Shown here piece by piece: positions 57,750 to 64,000 of a stretch of 64,000 nt of DNA (its first letter is position 1; every line of letters starts with the position of its first letter). The notes beneath the pieces were generated by a model. It did no database searches, was not told the DNA's origin, and was given only the letters and a program-made list of their open reading frames with translations. The stretch spans positions 4,411-68,410 of the forward strand of contig JBIOKR010000002.1 of the NCBI GenBank assembly GCA_044451945.1, written 5' to 3'. The DNA comes from Candidatus Lutacidiplasmatales archaeon (lineage in GTDB: Archaea > Thermoplasmatota > Thermoplasmata > Lutacidiplasmatales > UBA184). Both the position numbers and the translations under genes were made by a program.

Positions 57750-58916
57750 ATGCCGGAAGAGCCGGAGTTCACGGTCACCCCGTACGAGGTCAAGGGCAAG
57801 ATCGACTACGAGCGTCTCCGGGAGCTCTTTGGGACCCAGTCGATCGGCCCGGAGCTCCTCGAGCGACTCGAGCGAGCCGCCGGGGGACCGCTCCCCCCTT
57901 CCTTGCGCCGGGGGATCTACTACTCCCACCGGGACCTTGGCTGGGTGCTGGACGAGTTCGGCAAGCACCACCCATTCTTCCTGTACTCCGGACGCGGTCC
58001 TTCCGGACCGCTCCACACCTCCCACCTGGTGCCGTTCGAGCTCTGCCAATGGTTCCAGGAGCGCTTCCACGTGCCGATGTACATCCAGATCACCGACGAC
58101 GAGAAGTTCTGGTTCCGGCCGAAGCTCACCCGGGAGGAGACGGCGCGCTGGGGAATGGAGAACCTGCTCGACATCCTCGCCGTCGGCTTCGACCCGAAGA
58201 ACACGCGCGTGATGTTCGACACAAGGTCGATCCGGGCCATGTATCCGCTCGCCGTCGAGGTCGCGAAGAAGATCCCCTACTCGACCGCGAAGGCGGTCTT
58301 CGGCTTTCCGCCCAGCACGAACATCGGTCTCGTCTTCTACACCGCCCTCCAGACGGTCCCGTGCTTCTACCCGTCGTGGGAGAGCGGCCGTTCCGTTCCC
58401 TGCCTGATCCCCTGCGGCATCGACCAGGACCCGCATTTCCGCGTTACCCGGGACATCGCCGAAGGGCTCGGCTACAGCAAGCCGGCCCTTCTCCACAGCC
58501 AGATGCTTCCCGGCCTGCTCGGGGAGCGGGTGATGTCGACGATGGGGGACACGAAGGACAACGCGCTCTTCCTGAACGACCCTCCGAAGGACGTGGAGAA
58601 GAAGATCCGCAATGCGTTCACCGGCGGCAGGAGCACGGTGGAAGAACAACGCCGGCTCGGCGCCGTCCCCGAGGTCTGCTCGGTGTGGGCGCTGTGGAGA
58701 TCCAAGTTCGCGCCGACGGACGCGGAGTTCGACGGGATCACCCGGGACTGCCGATCCGGCGCCCTGCTGTGCGGCGAATGCAAGGCCCGCCTCATCCCCA
58801 AGGTGCACGCCTTCTACAGCGAGCACGCGGCCCGACGCGAGAAGGCGAAGGAGTACGCAGAGTCGCTGATTGTGGTCGACGCGAAACGCTCGCCGACTGC
58901 ACCGTCCGCCGGCTAA
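57750..58916 (+). CDS. trpS: Tryptophanyl-tRNA synthetase (archaeal/eukaryotic type)
   Basis: YSGRGPSGPLHTSHL is the HIGH-region equivalent, and VMSTMG is KMSKS-like. ATG 57750 inside ORF 57396..58916. Confidence 0.85.
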   Translation: MPEEPEFTVTPYEVKGKIDYERLRELFGTQSIGPELLERLERAAGGPLPPSLRRGIYYSHRDLGWVLDEFGKHHPFFLYSGRGPSGPLHTSHLVPFELCQWFQERFHVPMYIQITDDEKFWFRPKLTREETARWGMENLLDILAVGFDPKNTRVMFDTRSIRAMYPLAVEVAKKIPYSTAKAVFGFPPSTNIGLVFYTALQTVPCFYPSWESGRSVPCLIPCGIDQDPHFRVTRDIAEGLGYSKPALLHSQMLPGLLGERVMSTMGDTKDNALFLNDPPKDVEKKIRNAFTGGRSTVEEQRRLGAVPEVCSVWALWRSKFAPTDAEFDGITRDCRSGALLCGECKARLIPKVHAFYSEHAARREKAKEYAESLIVVDAKRSPTAPSAG

Positions 58917-59698
58917 CCGACCTCGGGCCTTCGCTCCCTGCGCGAGGGGCCGACGGGGCGAGGGCGGTACGGCTCCTCTGGACCTTCGTCGTCCGGCGCG
59001 CTCGGACCGTCATCGACCGGTGCGCCCGCCGCCGCCGTGACCAGGCCTAGCATCGGCCGGAAAAGTGAGCGTCGAGCCCGTTCGGGGTCGAGATTGAACG
59101 CCCGTTCGTACGCGGACATCGCCTCCTCCTCCTCCCCGAGAGAGAGGAGGGAGAGGGCGAGGTCGATCCAGCTCCTCGCCTCGCGGCCGGTCTCCTTCTC
59201 CCCGGCCTCCTCGAGGTGGGTGTCGAGGTCCCGCCCGCGGATCGGCTCCTCGCTGGGCGACCGGCCGGTCTCCCGTGAGAGGACTAGGGCCCGTTCGAAG
59301 GCGGCGGCGCTCGCCGGTTCATCACCGGATTCCGCGAGGGCGACCCCTAACCGATGCCAGGCGACCATGTCCTCCGGAATGAGTGCGACCGCGTGGCGGT
59401 ACGCCGAGGCGGCCTCGGGCCACTCCTGGCGGAGGGAGCGGGCGATGCCGAGATGGAACCAGGCCTCCCCGTTCTGGGGAGAGATCGCGATCGCCCGCGA
59501 GAGGGCCGCTTCCGCCTCGGCCGCCTGGCCGAGGTGGGAGAGGGCGATCCCGAGGTACGCCCAGGCCCTCGCATGCTGCGGCTCCTCCCTTAGGACGAGC
59601 TGGAGGGCGCGCGCCGCGTGCGCGTAGTCCTTCGAGAGGAAATAGTGGACCCCGATGTCGAACTGCTGCGTCACGGGAGCCGCACCAACGAAGCTCAA
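58913..59698 (-). CDS. TPR-repeat protein
   Basis: About 5 TPR units (ARAWAYLGIALSHLGQAAEAEAALSRAIAISPQNGEAWFHLG...). Confidence 0.7.
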   Translation of the reverse strand: MSFVGAAPVTQQFDIGVHYFLSKDYAHAARALQLVLREEPQHARAWAYLGIALSHLGQAAEAEAALSRAIAISPQNGEAWFHLGIARSLRQEWPEAASAYRHAVALIPEDMVAWHRLGVALAESGDEPASAAAFERALVLSRETGRSPSEEPIRGRDLDTHLEEAGEKETGREARSWIDLALSLLSLGEEEEAMSAYERAFNLDPERARRSLFRPMLGLVTAAAGAPVDDGPSAPDDEGPEEPYRPRPVGPSRRERRPEVG

Positions 59699-59937
59699 GG
59701 TTCGGCGGAGGGAAATAGATGTCCTTCGTACCGAATCACCTGGGGAAGCCGTTCCGTGAGCCGCCTTCGCTCGGCGGGTGAGCGGTTAAATACCCCCCGG
59801 TAACTCACTCGGTAAGGACCCCGAGAGCCTCGCCGTACAGAGCGCCAGCGTCTAAGACGAGAGTTTTGACGTAAGTTAGCTCCGTTCGAACGACGGCCGA
59901 CGGTCCTCCCAAACGCGAAACGCGAAGAGGCGACGAA

Positions 59938-60426
59938 ATGGAGAAACCCCTGACAAAAGTGCGCGACCTGACGCCGAGCTCGAAGCAAGTGAACGTCCAC
60001 GCGAAGGTGACGAACGTGGGCGAGGCCAAGGAGGTCATGGGCAAGTACGGTGACCCCCGGAAGGTAGCCGAGGCCGTGATCGGTGACGAGACCGCAACGA
60101 TCACCCTCTCTCTCTGGAACGAGCAGATCGGGTCGATCGCCAAGGACGACATCATCCTGGTCGACAACGGCTACGTCTCCCTGGTGCGGGGCCACATGCG
60201 GCTCAACGTCGGGCGGTACGGCAACCTCACGAAGTCCGACCAACCGATCACCGAGGTCAACTCCTCGCTCGACATGAGCCAGCAGGAGTTCGAGAGCGAG
60301 CGCCGGTCCTTTGGTGGCGGCGGCGGCGGCCGGTACGGCGGCGGCGGTGGCGGCGGAGGCCGCTACAGCGGCGGTAGCGGTGGCGGCGGTGGCCGCGAGC
60401 GCTCCGACACGTACAAGCGCTACTAG
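59938..60426 (+). CDS. ssb: Single-stranded DNA-binding protein (single OB fold, crenarchaeal/Thermoplasma type) with Gly/Arg-rich RGG tail
   Basis: AEAVIGDETATITLSLWNEQ matches Sulfolobus SSB (EAIVGDETGRVKLTLW). C-terminus reads GGGGGRYGGGGGGGGRYSGGSGGGGGRER. Confidence 0.8.
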   Translation: MEKPLTKVRDLTPSSKQVNVHAKVTNVGEAKEVMGKYGDPRKVAEAVIGDETATITLSLWNEQIGSIAKDDIILVDNGYVSLVRGHMRLNVGRYGNLTKSDQPITEVNSSLDMSQQEFESERRSFGGGGGGRYGGGGGGGGRYSGGSGGGGGRERSDTYKRY

Positions 60427-60439
60427 GCCTGACAACCCT

Positions 60440-60490
60440 GGCGGCCTCCTTCGGGGGGCCGCCTTACCTCTTTTTCCCGGTTTTTCCTTG
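60440..60490 (+). terminator. Hairpin (GGCGGCC-loop-GGCCGCC) followed by T-tracts; intrinsic-like terminator after ssb
   Basis: ggcggcctccttcggggggccgcc, then ttacctctttttcccggtttttcc, 14 nt after the ssb stop. Confidence 0.5.
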
Positions 60491-60627
60491 GCACTTGACA
60501 GCGTGGGGCCAAGCGGCCGACCTACCCGGCGTCGCTCATCGTAGCAGACCATCCGGGGCGGCCCGTTCGTCCTGGGAGTCCCGCTCGCAATTACCTAAAT
60601 AGACCGGTCCCGTGGCGGGGCCACCCC

Positions 60628-61326
60628 ATGGCCGAAGAGAAACCCCGAGAGCTAACGCTCTACGTTCAGAGCAAGAAGGTCGTCACGAGCTTCTACCGGC
60701 CCTCCCAGAGCCGGATGACCGCGGGCACCGGCGGTCCCGTCGCGGCGCCCTCCGGCGTCGCCCAGTTCGAGGCCGGCCGCTCGGGGGATGAAGGCGCCGG
60801 CTCCGGGGAGGAGCACTTCTTCCTTTCCGACGACCAGGCGAGGGCACTTGCGATGGCGGAGGAGCTCGCCGGCAAGAGGGGTTTCAAGATCGACGTCGTG
60901 GACGTGGCGAAAGCCGGGCGCATCGAACGGTTGGTCGCCGAGCGGCTCCGCGGAGTCCAGAACTTCCCGGTGATGATCGACCCGACCGGTCGCCGACTCG
61001 AAGGGGTCGACCAGTTCACCGAGGAGCATCTCTGCGAGATGATGCCCACGGAGATGCGAAGCCTCAGAGCGTTCACCTACCTCAAGGTCCGCGGCGGAGA
61101 CCTCGACCGGATACGCCTGGCCTTGCTGGGATTCTCGGAAGTCCGGGAGCTCCACTTGCTCACCGGCGACTGGGACGTGTTCGTGGTCCTCGAGTTCTCC
61201 GGCCCCGCCACGCGGAAGCGCCAGGTGCTCGACTTCGTGACCGAGCGGATCCGGGGGATCCCCGAGGTGCTCGACACGAGCACCCTAGTCCCCGAGTTCT
61301 CGGTGACGAAGTTCCCGGTCGGCTGA
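60628..61326 (+). CDS. Protein with C-terminal Lrp/AsnC ligand-binding (RAM) domain; N-terminal region unassigned
   Basis: AFTYLKVRGGDLDRIRLALLGFSEVRELHLLTGDWDVFVVLEF is the AsnC_trans_reg fold. No HTH is recognisable in the N-terminal region. Confidence 0.5.
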   Translation: MAEEKPRELTLYVQSKKVVTSFYRPSQSRMTAGTGGPVAAPSGVAQFEAGRSGDEGAGSGEEHFFLSDDQARALAMAEELAGKRGFKIDVVDVAKAGRIERLVAERLRGVQNFPVMIDPTGRRLEGVDQFTEEHLCEMMPTEMRSLRAFTYLKVRGGDLDRIRLALLGFSEVRELHLLTGDWDVFVVLEFSGPATRKRQVLDFVTERIRGIPEVLDTSTLVPEFSVTKFPVG

Positions 61327-61367
61327 CCGGCGAGCGCCTCGCCCGGTGGCCACGGGAGCGCGAGAGC

Positions 61368-62159
61368 TCACGCGGGCGCTGCGGCCGGTAGGATCTCGGC
61401 GTACTGCAGGTAAAGGCACGCGACGACGATCGACGCGATCGCCGAGGCCAAGAGCCCCAGGGAGCCGCCGAGAACCGAGACATCGCTCGGCCCTCCCGAG
61501 AACGGCCCGGTCGTCATCAGCTGCGCCCCGATTCCCCGGAGGTGGTAGACGACCGTCAGGGCACGGATCGGGCCGGCGATCACGGAGACGAACGTCTCCC
61601 AGATGAAACCGAACAGGAGCCCGATCACCAGCGCCTGGCGGGAGAGCAGGCCTAAAAGGAGGAAAAACGCGCCGTAGGTGAGCACCGCGAGGACGGTCAG
61701 GAGGACGACAGTCTCGAGAAGCGCCGGGGAGCCGGTCGTCGGGCCGCTCGTGAATCCGGCGGCGATGCCGATGCCCGACAAGGCCGACGGCAGGACGACG
61801 CTCAACGCCGCCCCGGCAAAACCGACGTACTTCCCGACGACCAGGACGGGGCGGGGAACCGTCCGGTTGAGGGGATAGACGAGCGTGTCGTCCTCGAGCT
61901 CACCGCGGAACGGGCCCACTCCGAGCACCAGGCAGACGAGGAGGAGGATCACCGGCAGAAAGAGCGTGGAAAAAAGCGTCTCGGAGGCCCCGAGCAGGTC
62001 GAGGCCAGAGAAGCCCGCCGCGGCGATCCCCGCCACGATGACCGGATAGACCGCGGCCGCCCCGATGACCCCGTAGCCGGTCGAGCCGGAGAACGAAGCG
62101 CGGAAGGTCGCCCAAGCGACGACCCCTATTCTCGAAAACATCCTCGGCACGTTCGTCAC
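61368..62159 (-). CDS. ABC-2 type transporter permease
   Basis: Six TM helices. Start overlaps the upstream ATPase stop. Confidence 0.6.
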   Translation of the reverse strand: MTNVPRMFSRIGVVAWATFRASFSGSTGYGVIGAAAVYPVIVAGIAAAGFSGLDLLGASETLFSTLFLPVILLLVCLVLGVGPFRGELEDDTLVYPLNRTVPRPVLVVGKYVGFAGAALSVVLPSALSGIGIAAGFTSGPTTGSPALLETVVLLTVLAVLTYGAFFLLLGLLSRQALVIGLLFGFIWETFVSVIAGPIRALTVVYHLRGIGAQLMTTGPFSGGPSDVSVLGGSLGLLASAIASIVVACLYLQYAEILPAAAPA

Positions 62160-63076
62160 TCCGCGAGGTACCGAAAGACCGACTCGAGGTTGTCATCGGG
62201 GCTGCTCATCTCAAGGATCGAGAGCGACTCGTCGGTGACGAGGCGGGGTAGGGCCTGGTAGAATACGTCCGGGGCACGGGTGCGGACCGTAAGCCGGTCC
62301 GGGTCCTGGAATTGAACGCTCAGCACGTGGTCCCACGCCGAGAGGAGCTGGCCGAGCCGACGGGATTCGGCTGTGCGGATCTCGATGGAGTGCGGGTGGG
62401 CGTCCAAGGCGTCCCGGAGCCGGTGCACATTCCCCTCGGCGAGCACCCGTCCGTTGGAGACCATGACGATCTCCTCGGTAAGCCGCTCCACCTCGTAGAG
62501 GACGTGCGAGCTCACGACGAGGTGCCCACCGGAGGCAGCGTACCGCTCGAACAGGTCGAGCAGCCGCACCCGGCCGAGCGGGTCGAGCCCGTTGAGGGGT
62601 TCATCCAAGAGGAGCAGCTTCGGGCGGTGCGCGATCGCCTGGGCGATCTTGACCCGCTGACGCATCCCCTTGCTGTATCCCCTCAAGTGTCGGTGGGCGG
62701 CGTCGGTCAGACCAACTTGCTCGATGGCATCCGCGGTTCGGGCACGGGCCTCCTCCCGGGAGAATCCATCGAGCCGGAGCAGGTACTCAACGAACTCGAA
62801 ACCGGTCATCCAGCCGTAGACCGCAGGATGTTCCGGACAGTAGCCGATCTCGGCGGGATGCGGCGGCCGTCCCCAGGGGTTCTCGCCGAACCGCTGCAAC
62901 ATTCCTCCATCGGCGCGAAGCTGGCCGGTGATCAGTCGGAAGAACGTCGATTTGCCGGCCCCGTTCGGACCGATCAGCGCCGTGATGCCGGGGTTGAACG
63001 TGGCGCTGAAGCCGTTGAGGCCGAGCACCTCCCCGTAGCGCTTGGTGACGTTCTGGGCGACGATCGGCGCCGTCAC
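62156..63076 (-). CDS. ABC transporter ATP-binding protein
   Basis: GTG start at 63074-63076. Walker A GPNGAGKST, signature YSKGMRQR, Walker B LLLLDEP. Overlaps the upstream permease by GTGA. Confidence 0.85.
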   Translation of the reverse strand: MTAPIVAQNVTKRYGEVLGLNGFSATFNPGITALIGPNGAGKSTFFRLITGQLRADGGMLQRFGENPWGRPPHPAEIGYCPEHPAVYGWMTGFEFVEYLLRLDGFSREEARARTADAIEQVGLTDAAHRHLRGYSKGMRQRVKIAQAIAHRPKLLLLDEPLNGLDPLGRVRLLDLFERYAASGGHLVVSSHVLYEVERLTEEIVMVSNGRVLAEGNVHRLRDALDAHPHSIEIRTAESRRLGQLLSAWDHVLSVQFQDPDRLTVRTRAPDVFYQALPRLVTDESLSILEMSSPDDNLESVFRYLAE

Positions 63077-63912
63077 TCGGGCACCACCTCCGCGCCCTCG
63101 AGGCGCCAGTACGCGAGGAAGAATGTGGTCGCCGAGAAGCCGATCAGTATCACGGCCGCCACCCAGGGGCTCAGGGGATCCCCGCCGACCCCGAACGCCC
63201 CGCTCGCGACGGCGATCAGGTTCTCGTCCGGGCTCAGGTACCCGAACGACGGCTGATTCGAGATCGCTGCGAGGAGGACGGCGACGGCCTCCGAGCCGAT
63301 CAGCACGCCGAAGATCCCGGCACCGGCGAGGGCGCTGCGCGAGGAGAGCGACGAGAGGAACACCGAGATCCCGGTGAACGCCGTCACGGCCAGGAGCCCG
63401 ACCGCGAGGTCGCCCCCGAAGCCCTGCAGGGCCAGCGGGAGGGAGGCGTAGCCCAAGGAGAGCACGATGAAGCAGCCGATCGAGGAGGGGATCACCGCGC
63501 CGAAGAATATCCAGGCGGCGACCGCCCCGGATTTGGCCACGAGGTAGTCGAAGCGGGTGATGGGCCGGGCCAGATAGAGCGTGAGCGAGCGGCTGGCCAA
63601 GTCGCGAGAGACGATCCCGGCGCCGACGGAGCTGCTCAGGAGCACGAGCAGGAAGAACCAGACCCCCGTACTGAACGGGATGAAGAACAGCCGGGCGGAG
63701 ACCCCCGGGCCGAAACCACCCCGGAAGAGGGTCGCGATGTAGAACGGGACGACCGTCGACAGGAGCACCGCGGCCGATAGCAGCCCGAGAAGCACGAAGT
63801 TGAGCGCCTTGCCCCGCTCGAGAAGCTGCGACTCCAGGATCGCGCCCCATCGGTCCGGGCGGGGGCGCAGCGCCGGAGGCGGGAGGGAGTACTCGGGGGC
63901 GTGGATGCTCAT
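63073..63912 (-). CDS. ABC-2 type transporter permease
   Basis: Polytopic. ATG at 63912 overlaps the stop of a further upstream gene (ATGA). Confidence 0.6.
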   Translation of the reverse strand: MSIHAPEYSLPPPALRPRPDRWGAILESQLLERGKALNFVLLGLLSAAVLLSTVVPFYIATLFRGGFGPGVSARLFFIPFSTGVWFFLLVLLSSSVGAGIVSRDLASRSLTLYLARPITRFDYLVAKSGAVAAWIFFGAVIPSSIGCFIVLSLGYASLPLALQGFGGDLAVGLLAVTAFTGISVFLSSLSSRSALAGAGIFGVLIGSEAVAVLLAAISNQPSFGYLSPDENLIAVASGAFGVGGDPLSPWVAAVILIGFSATTFFLAYWRLEGAEVVPE

Positions 63913-64000
63913 GACACCGCTCCTTTCGCGCGGGCCTCGAGCAGGCTCAGGAAGAGCTCCTCGACGGTGTGCACGGCCGGCCGGAGATACCGGACCTGTA
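63909..64000 (-). CDS. Partial CDS (start outside window): C-terminus of an ABC transporter ATP-binding protein
   Basis: Minus-strand translation ends ...VHTVEELFLSLLEARAKGAVS*, an ABC-ATPase C-terminal motif. Confidence 0.45.
   Translation of the reverse strand, partial: QVRYLRPAVHTVEELFLSLLEARAKGAVS

Noticed and set aside
57627-58826. 399-aa minus ORF
   Set aside because: Antisense to trpS.
62312-63256. 314-aa plus ORF
   Set aside because: Antisense to the ABC ATPase gene.

Overview
This is a high-GC (~65-70%) archaeal chromosomal segment. The archaeal assignment rests on an Sm-like/L37e gene pair, S15, a crenarchaeal-type SSB with an RGG tail, eukaryote-like TrpRS, and leaderless genes with TATA-like boxes about 25 bp upstream. 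Proteins are not acid-rich, so it is probably not a haloarchaeon; a Thermoplasmata-like euryarchaeon is an inference only. About 60 genes are supportable.

Housekeeping content includes ribA, gyrA co-transcribed with a RecJ-like DHH protein, trpS, folP, rps15, rpl37e, an Sm protein, ssb and a 3-methyladenine glycosylase.

Accessory content includes an arsR-arsM-arsC-aquaporin arsenic operon, a sirR-znuABC metal-uptake operon with a palindromic operator, a MacB/FtsX ABC exporter, two tandem ABC-2 systems, secreted N-glycosylated proteins (a GH-A glycosidase and two cysteine-rich paralogs), and a family-B DNA polymerase homolog with a degenerate motif C.

The most unusual region is about 11.5-20 kb. 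It is a non-canonical type IV pilus/archaellum-like assembly locus. It contains a FlaI/PilB-like ATPase, a split FlaJ/TadC pair whose second half carries an N-terminal secreted domain, a class-III-signal pilin-like protein, a RecA/KaiC/FlaH-like protein with a degenerate Walker A, and an extra P-loop ATPase. It sits next to a PstS-like phosphate-binding domain fused to a type IV pilin-like N-terminus and is bracketed by two AbrB-PhoU regulators. This points to a phosphate-responsive surface 'bindosome'/pilus system (hypothesis).

Many long ORFs in the six-frame track are antisense or overlapping GC artefacts and were rejected.
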